Assembly: GCA_964035545.1 (NCBI GenBank) | Contig: OZ037766.1 | Span: forward strand, 9,848,722 to 9,912,721 | Reading direction: 5' to 3' | DNA length: 64,000 nucleotides | Source: Bugula neritina | Taxonomy: Eukaryota > Animalia > Bryozoa | Shown: positions 24,780-38,600 of the stretch, one piece after another | How the letters are laid out: every line of letters starts with the position of its first letter | Numbering within the stretch: position 1 is the stretch's first letter | Notes under the pieces: model-generated | The model's database searches: none | Told to the model about the DNA's origin: nothing | What the model saw: the letters and a program-made list of their open reading frames with translations, nothing else | Program-made: the position numbers and the translations under genes

Positions 24780-25320
24780 CATAGGGTCTAGCCTTTAAAC
24801 CTCATGGCCTTTTTTATTTGGTTTGTAGCGTGGTATATAACCCTCGAACCCTTTATTAACTATAAAGAAGCGTGGTACTTTTAGTTTTTTGTTATAAACA
24901 GCATCAAGTTGGGGGTAACTGAGGGCAACAATTTAACCTTTCTAAATTTAAAGTTGGGGGTTTAATTTAGCCCCCAAGTCTAATTTGAAGAATTTTAACT
25001 ACTGCATGCAATCACTCCTAACTTGGAGCTGTTTATAAAATAATTTATTTGGCATTGACATCTGGTGATGTTCCTAAAAGTAAACTTAGCACAAATTTGA
25101 TTGAAATGTCAAATAATATGGCCCAAGATTGTTGTCACTTGCTATTTGACTATCACAGGCTATAAGAAATAAAAACCTGGAAGTACACGTCTCCTTGGTG
25201 CGATTACTTTGGCCGTAATGACAAAGTTGAACTCAGAGTTTTAGATCAATTCAGTGCAGACTGAGTTAAAGTTATGCACAACCTCTTGCAGTAGTTTTAC
25301 TCTGATCGAGCAATAGTCAT
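24780..25320. promoter_or_regulatory. Putative bidirectional promoter core between CCDC59 and DNAJB9
   Basis: Local CpG cluster in CpG-poor DNA between divergent genes. GCGTGGTA x2, AAGTTGGGGGT x2, CTGGAAGT and ACACGTC near 25177-25191. Confidence 0.5.
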
Positions 25321-25328
25321 CAAACTCA

Positions 25329-25620
25329 GTAAGTTCACAGTTATACTAGTTACTGGAAGTTTAACTCTAATGCTGTCCAATCACCAATGCCAATGGCAAT
25401 GCAATTAATTTAAATTAGCATTACATTTACTTTTAGTTTTACTATGTCTAATCACTTTAGTCTATTGTCCATTACTATTAGTATTACTATTACTATTAGT
25501 ATTACTATTACAATTTGAATTACAAACTCAAAGGCTTAGTCGAAGTTTGAGTTACACTTTGACTTACAGTTACTGACGCAGAGTTACTATTGTCATTGAA
25601 TTTGATATTACTACAACTCT
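25329..25620. repeat. Hexamer-mosaic island C-right
   Basis: (TATTAC/TATTAG)n at 25472-25510, AATGCC/AATGGC, TTTTAC/TTTTAG, TTTGAC. Confidence 0.7.
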
Positions 25621-26613
25621 AGATCTTTATCTCGTTCTACTTCAGAATTTTATTTTGTTTAATCTGAGTCAAATAATAAAATTCAAAGATTTTTATTGTA
25701 ACCCAAGTTGAAGTTGACTTTAGCTCCAATCTATTTTTAATATACCTGGCAGTCTACTGTCAAGAAATAATATATTTGAAAGAGGTAAGCAGTATATACT
25801 TATAGTTTTGTTTTTAAAAAGTTACATTCAAATGATTTAATGTATAATAAATTGTTGGGAGTTGGTTACAACATTAATTATAAGCATTTAGCGGTCTAAT
25901 ACGGATAGAACTAAAAGTTAAGCTTGAAGTCTAAATTTTAAATGCTATAATAATAATTTGTAGAATTTGAAAAATAAATGCTGTTTGGCATTTGGCTATA
26001 GTTATGTTGGGGTGATTTTTCCTATTTTGCTAATATTATACTATTAAAATAATTATGCAGAGCAAGTTATTGAAATTTGTGACCATTTTTTGATTTTAAG
26101 TATAAGAATTATTTGGAGTAGACCTATTAAAAAGTCAACAAATGTAACTGGATTCTGCATCATTAAAGGGGCTGTTAATAATACTCAGTTACCACTAAAA
26201 TTGGAATAGTTCGGCCAGTTAGCAGAGTTTCTTGTTGTTTTTGTTTATACATCTCAGCCTGGTTGTTTAGAATAATTCATGTTGTTTTTACGGAATCTAG
26301 TGTATCAACTCGAAATTTAAAATTCTAATTTGTTTTCAAAAAAGTCAACTACTCTTATAGAAAACAATATTTATCACTACTAGAATTAATTAATACAACA
26401 GTATAATTACGCTAAACTGTTTCTGTTTTTTATTCTTAAAATTATTTCTTTTCTTAGTTGTTGTTTTCAACATCAATTTCTGTATTTTTTTTCAAACGTC
26501 ACGCATTGTAAATGTTATGCATATTGTATTTCGAATATGATTACATTTCTCGGAGACCATAATGAAGCATGTTTGTTTATGTTTTAGTTGACTGATTGAC
26601 TTGTGGCATCATA

Positions 26614-27698
26614 ATGTGGTATAGTCATACTCATTGCTACATTCTTGGTTTCACACTCCTTCAGCTACTCATAGTAGTAATAGGCTCTAAAGACTACTAT
26701 GAAATTCTTGGTGTTTCAAAAACTGCTTCTCAGAAGGATATAAAGAAAGCTTTCCGAAAACTGGCAATTTTGTACCACCCTGACAAAAATACAGATATGG
26801 ACAAGAAGGAGGCAGAGAATAAATTTGTTGAAATAGGAAATGGTACAGTTGCTGTTTTTCTTGAATCATTATATTGTGGAGTAAGGTGACAATTGTTTTA
26901 CTAATTTTTGTTTTTCAGATTTTATGTTATCAATGCATAGTTTTCATTCATATCAGTTGGTTGGCTGCTCAAAATATAATTAAAAGAGTACTTAAGTATT
27001 TTCTCAGAAGTCTGTAGTATTGTATCTAAAACTGCTTGACTGTGAATAACTTAAAGATGCTCTTTGCAGCATATGAAGTTTTATCTGATGCAAAGAAACG
27101 TAAAGAATACGATGAGGGAAGATCTTCATTTGAACATACTTCGAATAGTAATTTCAATGACTTCTTCAATGAGTTTGATTCCTATAGACGTCAAAGGCAT
27201 GGTCACAATTCTAACAACCAACAGTTCCATTTTGACTTTGATGATATATTTGAAGATGATGACTTTTTTAGTTTTGACTCATTTTTTGGCAATCATTTTT
27301 CAAACCATTTTAACCATGGTGGCGATCCTGACCACATGATGCACCATATGAAGAATGTTAACAAAGCGCGTCAAATGCATAATGCTCACTCACAAGAAAT
27401 GCATGGCTCTGTATTTGATGAATTTGATCTGAATATTGAAAGTGATGTTCATTCACAAAGTAAGTTCACAGTTTTATTGTAATTTCCTCCTCCTTCAGTT
27501 GTAATATTTGACCAAATTTGAAAGCTGGCCAACACAAAAAATTAAAACTTTTACAGATTGCTACCATACAAATGTAAATTAGCTGTTTATTTATTCATTT
27601 TATTGCATTTTGTGGTAACTTTTTTAGATAGTAAAAGATGTAAAAAGGTGACCCAACGCGTCGGAAATACAATCACTACATACACAGAATGCTCCTAG
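26614..27698 (+). CDS. DNAJB9: DnaJ homolog subfamily B member 9 (ERdj4), ER co-chaperone
   Basis: Exons 26614-26842, 27070-27459, 27628-27698. Signal peptide, J-domain with HPD ([22 protein letters not shown]), G/F/D-rich region and diagnostic C-terminus [19 protein letters not shown]. Confidence 0.93.
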
Positions 27699-29607
27699 AT
27701 CCCTTTGTGGACTTGTCACTCAATCATGTGTATCTCTGATATACTATGTAGTATACACTGTATAAAATCTTCAGCTGCTATATTATGATAAACAATCCTG
27801 TCATTTTATATAATATTTCGTCAAACTCTCCAAATGTTATATTTAAAAATGTTCGTTTTGCCATATTTTGAGCTTTTATTTTTTATTTCAATTTACAGTA
27901 ATTATATATCACAAATAAATTGTAAACAATGCTGCAATGTTGCGTTTAGTCTTTGCAAAAATTAAAGAGTAATTGTAATATATAGAATTGGTAGGGTTTA
28001 TACTTACACTTGACAAAAATTAAAATTTTTCTCCTAAAGTTGTAGAATAAAGTTTGAACACCAGCTTCATGTTTATATGCCAACACCATCTTAGATATGA
28101 AAAATTGTTAAATACAATAATAGAGCATCATTCTAAATTTACATTAAAGCAGAACTGCCTGTTCAACTTGATTTATGATCTATGGTAGCTTTTAGAACAG
28201 CTTGGTGGTTAGTATATTAAGTTATACGACTTGGCTTATCTTATCCTGTAGAGATTTGAGGTCTCCAGGTTAAGGTGTTGAGGTAGTCTTGGCTAAGCAT
28301 CACTTTTACACCAAAACACATTCCTAATATTGTATGTGTTGACATTCTCTCTTCAAATGCACTCGGATGTGTTCATCTATGCACTCTCTTGCTCTATTTA
28401 TCTATATGAGCAAACTTTATATGTTACATATACATACTCTTCTTATAAACCCACCACATTGTTTACAACTATCACAATGCAATTTATATTGCTGCACTTG
28501 ACTTATAGTTGTGCTCTCTTTGTGTGTGACAAAAGTGGTAACTGTTTATCAATGAATTTAACCACGTGATATAATACTATCAAAGTCATAGGGTTTAGAA
28601 GCGTGATTATGCTTACTATTTGGTGTAGCTGTTATAGTTTTTATAGAAGTTAGTAGCCACTGCAATAAATAATAAAATATAATATTACGTCTTGTAAGTG
28701 ATCTGCTATTCACCAGAGTTAGCGCAAATAATGTTATTACGTTCAAGTATCACTTGTCTTTATTCAGATTACTCTGCATTTAAAAGAGACTGTTTTAATT
28801 ATATTAGTGTCCAGTAATTGTTTTAATAGATGGCAACTTTGACTCTTGATACTTGTAACATGGTAGCCCCATAGTTTTTCTCATGTTGCAAAGGCATCGT
28901 CTGTGTTTGAAAGAAGTGGTGGAGAAAATCTATTATGAATCCCAATTTCTTGAAGACACAACCTTGAAACTTTTATACTTAGCTTAGAAATTTATGAATG
29001 TTTATTACCGCTTAAATGTAGCTAGACAGCCCTTCAATAAATATATTTATTGCTTATAAGCAGCAAAACTTAAATAGATTGGTACAAAAGAACCTAAACT
29101 ATCTAGTGTTATTGATAGAACAAAACAGTTGTAACAATAAGGGGTTAATAAATAATAACATGTAGTGTGGAAAAATATAATGTGTTAACAAAGATTACAT
29201 TTATGAATAATCAGCACAGTAGAGCAAATCTTAACAACTCGGCTGATTTAAACAAAAAAATGCAAATACTTGAAGGAGCAAATAGGCTTTTGCTTTGTAT
29301 AAAGTAATTCAGAACAGCTTTCAAAAAAGATCTAGTTAAACAATCATGCCACTGCATTATACTGCAGCTGTTGTACTTCACCTTTATTGGTTGTGTCTGT
29401 ACATTAAGCTATCTGTTTTTTTCTGCTAATCAACCGATTTTAGCAAGTTTTGAAATCTGCTTCTTTGACAATAAATTATATAATTCACTTTATAGAGACT
29501 CGATAGCCTTCTAGCACCTTTTGATTCCTTTAATTAAGCTAGAGATACTTCTTCTCCATATACCAATCATTACAGGAAACAAGTAGTTTTTCATTTAAAA
29601 TAGATTT

Positions 29608-32600
29608 TCAAGTTGGATGATCTTCTAGATAAAGCTCCTCATGCACAGCCTCAATCAAGGGTTTTAACATGCTAGGGTCAACAGCATTCGAAACGATAAA
29701 AGGTTGTAGAAGCAGGTCATTTGCTGAAAGCCTCTTATCAGCAGATCTATGAAAGCATTTTTTAACAAAAGCCTCCAAAGAAGAAGAAATCTTGTTTTGA
29801 ATAGTTGGCATTCCTTTCTTTTTGAGTATCTTCTTGCAGGCTTCATTGGGGCTGAATTCTATATAAGGAGGTGTTCCATCTATCATCTCCACAATTAGAA
29901 CACCCAGGCTCCAGATATCAGCTTTTTCATTATATTGCTTCCTAAAATAAATTAAATTATTCTGTTATATATTATTGTATATTGGTGAAACATTATTTGG
30001 GCGCACACACACACACACCCAGGCAATGTAGGCTAGTTAACTTACCCTTTGATGGCTTCTGGTGACATCCAATACGGTGTGCCAATGGTTGTCTGTCTTC
30101 TAGCATCCTTTGTGTGCAGCTGAGCACAGCACCCAAAGTCAGTGAGTTTTACTTCACCATTTATTCCCATTAAAATGTTATCACTCTGTAAATAAGCTAA
30201 TATTATTAGTTTATTTTAGATTCAATGATATAATTTATATAAAATATATAATAGTTCTCCTAAATAATAAAACTCAATTGTTAGCTAAAATTAGATCTGT
30301 CAACCACCACACCTCCCCCCCCAACTCATGCCTTCATTATCTTTACTGCTATTGTACACTTAATCCCTTTTGTATTTCTTGTTCTTTGCGCTTTTCAATT
30401 GTTTAAATTAATACGAATACAAGATAAATTAATACAAATTTAGGATTGGTTAAAAATCATAACTGGCTAAAGTCACCGAATGTTCTATAGTTGGCTTTCA
30501 CTAGGGGAGAATCTCCAAAAACTCTTATTTGCTCTATTATGCACATACCTTAATGTCTCGGTGAATAATCATTTTGCTATGGAGGTAAGACAATGCTTTC
30601 AGACATTCAGCGGTTATAGTAGCAATATACTTGTCATCAAGCTTCATTGTTTCAATGACATCAGTTAAGCTTCCACCTGGTACAGATAATAGAGCATTAT
30701 GCCTTAAAAACTCTATCGTGCAAATAGTTTTTAATTTATAGCATAAGCTATTAAATTCAACTGTCATGACACACGGCACAAAATAAAGTTTCTTGGAGAT
30801 GATAGAAAAAAATCTGTCTCTTTGAAGTTACATAAAACAATTATTGAACATTTCAATGGCATAATATATAGAATTATCAAGCTTTGCATTATGCAAACGG
30901 ACTTTTCATTGGGTCTGAAGAAATAGTTGCATCGAATAAAACCACAACCATACGTTCATCCTTAAGAGCATCTATTCACATAATGGGAAGTAATGGAAAA
31001 ACAGTGTATAAAATATATAAATTAAGTTGTAATATTATGATTGACTTTGTTGTATTGTTCAAAGGCGGAGCATCACTAAATCAGGACTTTTCTCACCTTC
31101 CAAGTAATCCATAACAATCCAGAGAATGTTGTCCACCTGGTAGCTTCCTCTGTAGTTGATAATGTTCCTGTGTTGTAGAGTAGTAAGTGCCTCTAACTCT
31201 TTAACAATCAAGGCTAGTTGCTTTTGTCCTTGCTGTAAGCTAACCTTCTTTACTGCTACCACATCGTTTGTGTCATTATCTCTTGCGATGTAAACAGTTC
31301 CAAATGCTCTAAAAGTACAAAAACTCTAATAGAAAACTTAAACCATAGTAAGTATGGCATTGTATATCTGTATGCACTCCAGAATCCCTAGTTCTCTTTG
31401 AATGCAACAATATACAAATTATGTTTAGATGATGTGGGGGAAAGAGATTCATTTGTGTTGGAAACCAACACCCCCTTATTACAAACATACAATTTTAAGT
31501 TTACTAACATGTCTGGTTTTGTGAATTTGTTTATCATTAGCATAAACCATCATTATTTCATCCATGCATTTGTCATCATGCAGTTCAGTTTTTTAATTTA
31601 TGAGCCTTGCTATTAACTCTTGTAAAAATAAAGCCAAAAACAGGAGCAATATACTTTATAATTAAATGATGAAGTTATCTCATCAGTATTGGGGTTTTAC
31701 TGCTCACAATCAGTTAGCTGTCTGAGACTTTACCCATTACACTATCAGGAATTTCTAACACACAAGAAGGTTCAATTATAGAGGTTACCCTTACAGACTT
31801 ACAAACTCTTACAGAAGTGCTATCAGCTGTTATTTTAGTTTCACTCTATTACAGCTGTACTGAGTACAAAGTTTTGTGGCTCATATTATATGTTATTATG
31901 AAAGTAAGAAATTTAAATTAGAATGCGCATTAACAATAATATGCTATCAGAAAATTTCTCTAGACCAATCAACAAAACCCTTTAACAAAGTATCCATATA
32001 CTAGCAAATTAGCTATAGAAACTAAGATGAGTAGTAGCGATTATCAAACACACATCTCATTTGTTCAAGTATGACATCATTTGTCTTATAAGCTTCAATA
32101 GCTTTAGTTGTATCAGCTTGCAGCTACAATTTAAGTGTTCTATATCAATCATGTATGCAAGTTTAGGCCCAAAAGGCATATGGGTTTAGCGGGTAAGCTC
32201 GGTACACAGCTATTCCCATTGTGAACTTTCTCTGCATTCAAGAGTATAGGACCATAAAATTCAAACCTTCCTTATAGCAGACAATTTGCACTTAGTAATA
32301 TTTAAAGTATCTCAATATTTTACGCAAATCATAAAAATAGTATTTTTTATACAAAACTAAGTTATACTATATTATTTATTATGGTATGTTTTTATTATAA
32401 ACTCACCCTTGTCCAATCATATCTCCACATATATATCTTGTTTTCGGGTTTACGTTTTTCGTCTCCATTTCCTCTACAACATGCAATGAGTTTGTTATTT
32501 GTGTTAACAAGTTTGTTGGCCCAATATTGTTGATCAAAAATAGTTGGCACTCAAATTTGATAACCCATATTTTTATTTTAGGGTAAAAATTGATATCAAG

Positions 32601-35600
32601 TGACTGCCTGATCATAACAGTATTAGTTTTGAAATCTATAAAATTATATTTACCAGAACAGTGTAATGAGTTGTAAACCAACTTCTGGTACAACCAGAGA
32701 AGGAACCAAATGTCATATGCTACTAGTAAAAAAACTTAAATACAAGCATAAACAGCTCAAGTTGGCTGAGAGCCATTGGCTAAACACAGGTTTGTGCAAG
32801 TTATCCAATTATTTGTATTGAAACACTTGAAGTGCTCCAGTCAATTGCTTCATTAATAAACTTCTCTATTAAGTGATCAGCTTTCAAGAAATATAATATC
32901 CACAAGCCAGGACATGTCTAGCTAACAATGAAGTTACTTATTATTCAACTTCATGTACAGTCCAAGTTTACATAAAGTGTAACTTGATATTTGACATACA
33001 TGCAACCCATTTTCTAGTATTATAAACCCAAACTCCATGAAGCATATCTTAAACTAGCAATCGATACAAAACTTCACAGCTAAGCTTATTGATATTTAAA
33101 TTGACAAGGAATACGTTGTGTAGAATTACAAATTCGTCTACTGCTTTGCTATATAACTTTTACAGTGTTTCTATATAAAATATACAGAATTTTATTAGCA
33201 GTATCATCATTTACCACCTGCCATCATGTAATAAAACTAATTTTGATTTTAAAATTTCATCTGACTGCTATTTGCCCATAAAATATGTATGTGAATACAT
33301 TTTGGCCTATATGGAACATGCAAGAGTCTAGTGAATAGAAGGACTGGGCTACTCACTCAAAGCGCTTATAGCCCGACTTCTGCATTTCTTTGTCCTTATC
33401 ATTCTACTTCTTTTAAATCTGTCTACATTTACCGCTGAGGAGAGTGGTGCACTGGAGCAACCCATTCTACTGCTAACTTTACTTAATGTCAACTCACTCA
33501 TATCGGTTAGTAAAAGTGTCGACTGAGATTCGTTTTTTTCTAACTCATAGTCAGTTTCTGTCAAACTGTCACCTCTCTCCCACCCAATACCGCTGTCAGT
33601 ATTAGACAAGAAGCTACTTGTGTTCGATAAGGGTTTGTGTTTAGATGGTGCACAATTTCTACTACTTTCTAAGTCACAGCTGATTCGAGAGAGTCGATCA
33701 CTTCTTAGCATTTCATTCAACGTGTCTTCATTCCAAGGAGCATTATCATACATGTCTTCTTCATCAGGAGTACTTTCGTAGAAAGAAGACACTGGCCTTT
33801 TTTGTCTTTTACAGCTTGGAGACTTCTGCAAATAAAATACAGAGGCAATAAAACACACTCTTTTACTTAGAAGATTCACATACTGCATCATTTATGTGCT
33901 TAAGATATGTAACTAGATAATGCACGCAACATATGCTTGTTAACATCTTAGAAGATTAGTCATAGATTCAAACAATTTGTATATCATTTACATGCAGACA
34001 AACCAATTCAATGAAATATAATGAGTTTATATAAGTTATATTTCAATGAATTAATCTATCATAATGAAAGAACTGCCTGCCCTACATTTAGACTACTAAT
34101 GCAGAAGACTTAACATGATATTGACTCTCAAGTTATTATCAACACCTTTTTTTCATATTACTGTAAGGTCATCACAGCAAAATGTCAATACTTATGTTAC
34201 CAGCTGTATCAACATCCAAGAGAAGAAGATTTGCTACAGCATTATAATATAGTCTTGTCTCCAATTGGTCACTTACTTACCAAGAGTAATCCTATTTTGC
34301 CCAACTCATCATTCAACCCATGAACATATCATAATGAAGTATTATGTGTTATGCTCATGTGCAAATTCATTTTGTTACAGATACAGTCATGCGTAAAAGT
34401 TTTGACACTCCTAGATACTTTTTGTATCCTATGATAATAGCTGACCGAGATGTTCAATAATACCATATTGCTGCATATGATTTTGTAGCTCTCTTTCTGA
34501 TCTAACTAAATATCTTAAAATAAATTTAGATAAATGAACTATATTCGCTTCAATAAGTTTTTAACCTAAAGGTGACCTTCAAGTGTTTTGGAGTTTTTAG
34601 TCATTTTTTTGATAAAACACAATTGCAGATTTGAGGCAAAGTGGTGTGTTGTGAGTAAATATTTACAAAGGTTCATCTTTGCAACAGACTTTGCGAAACT
34701 CAAAATATAATTGCATTGCAAACTGAGTAAGCAGTAATGGCATAAGCTACCTTTCAATTCTATAATATATCTAAAATAAAATTTTGCTCAACACGCTATA
34801 TAGTGCATGATGAGAGACTCACTTTTCAGCAAAAGACAGTTATATTACATCAATCAAACTAAAAATAACTAAAAACAATTATGTTTAGTTTTGCAGCAGT
34901 ACAAGAAAATGAGAGGTGGCTTTAAAATGTTAAGACCTAAGTGATTTCTTGGTTGAAATTGATTTATGAACCGTACTGATCTATGAGAAGACCTCGTAAA
35001 GTGAAAATTTGTGAAAGTAATTGCATGCTGCCAGCTACCTTGAGATTACGCAACAAATCAACTAGTTTAGTGGGAGAAGAAAAAATTATTTTAGTGCAAT
35101 TTCTAGTCATATTACCAGGACCATACAAGCATTGGTCTAAAAGAGAGAAATTTCAAGTACTTGAGTGAGCTGTGCACTGCTCAAATAATAAACCAATAGC
35201 AAAAAATGTTATGGACAATACAAAGACCAGTGGTTATGAAAAAACCAACAAACACGATTAATTAAGCTTGTTGGTTTTATCACTTCACAGAGCATTGCAA
35301 TGTAGACTAGATCATGTTGTGTTAAGCAATAAATAAGCTAACGTCAGAAATATTTGTATCAGAGTATAGCTCATAGAAAAGGATATAATTAGAATCATAC
35401 CTCTGCATGACTTCTCATTGAACTGGTGCCAGCTTCATTTTTATCTTCGGCTGCTCTATTTCCATGCTGTCTTGAATCTAAAGAGTGAAATAATCTAATC
35501 ATTTCACTCACAGACATGGTGACCATGATACATATATTGGAGGCTATCCTCATTCAGCTAATAGAGATTGCAGGGGTATCTGCATGGTTTATATACAAAA

Positions 35601-38600
35601 AGAATCACCAATGACAAACGACTTGTCTGATAATCAGCCAATAGCAGCAAAGTAATCAGCAATAACCAGGATAGTTTCTAATTTTGCTAAGCCTAAAAGT
35701 AAATTCCTGTTATTTAAAACTGTGTTAGTATTTATGTGTAGAAGAAGATATAATTTAACTTATCAAAATATAGGTTTCCCTAAAAAAATAATATGAGTAA
35801 GAGATAAATTAGCTCTATACTGAGTTATAGTGAATATATGCCATTATTTGCTTTTCTCATAACTTCTTTCTCAATAAGATCAGCCCTTTTGTAAAAATCA
35901 TAAAATCATAATACATGTAATTCTACATTAGTGAAAAAATTTAGAGTGTAAGTTAGTGCTAAAACATTACTACCTCATTTTAATATAATTTTTTCTCCAT
36001 CACTTTCCAAAGGCAAAGTACAAATGTTAGTGAAAAGGATTTTAAGCCCAACAAAAAGTATGAACATGTTTTCTCATTTTTGAAGCTAGCATAATCAGAT
36101 TTGATTCGCAACAGTAAAATATATATTTGGAAATTGACAGAATAGAATAATATTTGAACAACTTTTGAAGGCAATGTATTAAATATTTACAGGGCTATAA
36201 TCTTCAGTACAATGGCCAAGTAGCTTTTAGTATACTCATATATTAAATTATCACGTTCTTCACATACAAGATATAAATATACTTTATATGGGTATAGATT
36301 TGAAAAGACAGGTTCCTATTTTATATATTATATTGTTATATCAAAATATATGTAGCCTGTAGGTATATATAATGCACAAAAATAAAATTATGTTGAAAAG
36401 TTTTTGAAGCTGCAGCGCTACGATATATCTGTGAGAAAAAAATGTTTACCACTCTCACCTATAAAACACATGCACTACCTTTCAATCTATTGAACAATTA
36501 GACTCTAGCTTTAGCAATTATCTAGCCTAATTTGCAAAATGTGCAACTAAATAAAAAATACAAATTTTAAGAGTTAGCATCTCAGAATAAAAAGACAGCA
36601 CATTAGCACATAATATGTACTATATTTTTTTCTCACCCTCTACCTTACGTGTTATGACTACTACCTTAATATTTTCCTCTCTTCACTATTAGTTAACACC
36701 CCCTAGCAGCTACCACCAAAACTGCTGTTATATATCATTGCTGACATCTTCATATAAACATGTGAAGTAGTTTTATAAATATCCTAAGATACAACTTTTC
36801 ACGTAGCATGCAGCTTTCCTAGTGAAAGTATGTCACAGTGTTTACAACTATGACCTCATTCTCCACTACATTTGCATGTCCCACAGTGCCGATGAATCAT
36901 AATACGGGTGACTCATAAATGCTGCGTGGGTGATGGAAGCCTAATTTGAAAAAAGTGGCATCCAAAGTTTGTAGTGGACATTTTAATTTTATTATTAAGT
37001 TTTTATTGTTTTTGTTTTGACTAACACTATGGTTATATTCAGTCGCTACTATAAAAACTATCGTTGAAATACAAGTAAAAACTAAGTATTTTATCAATTT
37101 GCTCTATTTTACTAATTTCATAATAAAATATTATAGAAAAGTACTTAAATAAATATCAAGCTTTATATTTTTTAAAGATATCTATATGTTGCAAGTCTAA
37201 TAGAAACTATCAGCAGTGGAGATTAAAATATATGTTGTAGTAAGTCAACAAATTTGCAATTCATGGCTATTTTTTTTAAAAAGTTATGTTTAACAATTCA
37301 TCTTGATAAGTTTTTATATTTTTGATAACAAATACATAGAAGTGTATATAGAGAATATGTAGCATCTGTTTAGGAAACAGAAAATATAGTTTTAGTTGCT
37401 TCAGGTGCGGAAAACAGGTCCTTATCATTTTTTATCAATTTAGAATTGTATTCTCTTGTATTAAAACACTATAAATTAACTTTTTTTGACAATAATGTAA
37501 TACTGACCAGCTGCTTGTCCATATACAAAAGCAAGTCAAGATATAGAATTTATACCACCAATCTTTCTTACGAAAATCTTATTACAAACCATCCCAAGTA
37601 GGCCTACATATAAACGGTAGTTGAAGTTATTCCCCCCTTTATTTGCTAAATTTATCATCATGAAGCTAAGTGCATCAACTAACAAATTTTATGCAATAGG
37701 AGAACAAATTGTTCTATGACTGCATAATATTTTGTAAGGTTCAAGGCTTTCTGGGACTTAGTGTCTTTCTTTGATGACTGTAAACCATATTCAATTACAA
37801 TACTAATAAACAAGTAATCATTCTTTTAATGGTACAGAAAATGCTAAGTGGCTGATTATCTTTGATAAAAATGCTTCTGGCTATACATGTAATATGTTTC
37901 CAAACTCCAACAATTACAACTATACAAATATAGCATTGTAGAAAAATCTAGTGAATATGTTAGTAACTATTGCTTACTAACAAAGTGTAGCTATAGTATT
38001 TCTAACAAGTTGTGTACAATTTTCAAAAATCCATTAGCAAATAATTTTGCAATTAGTGGATAAGTTCTATATCGCAGCTCGAGCATTCCAAACAAACACA
38101 ATATATTTTTATGCCAACCAATTAATTTCCTGCAAAATAGCACTGCATTGTAATAGACTGAGTGAAAGCCATGGTTAAACAATGCCTCTACCAAATAATT
38201 TCAGAGTTTTACTTACTATTGCTAGCGTCTCTCAACTTCCACGTGCTTCCTCCATCGCTACAGCTCTTCAAGAATAATTGTTGCTCTTGGTTAGACAACT
38301 CCTCTTCAACACAACTGCCACTATCACTTAAGCTTCGAAGACGATTCAGCAAAGATGTATTTTGATCTTCTACAAACAAGAGATTAGAGTCCAGTTTGTA
38401 CATGCTGTTACTACTTCTGTATAATATGTGTTTACATTACAGTTGTGCTTTGCAAGGTTTACTGATTTTATGCTATGAAAGAAAGTTTTCTAGGGTTGTT
38501 TTAAATGACTGAATGACTACAGCTCACTTTAGTAGTGCGGAATAAAAAGACCTACAATCATTGTTATCCATGTCAATAATTTGTTAACAATTACTTAGTG

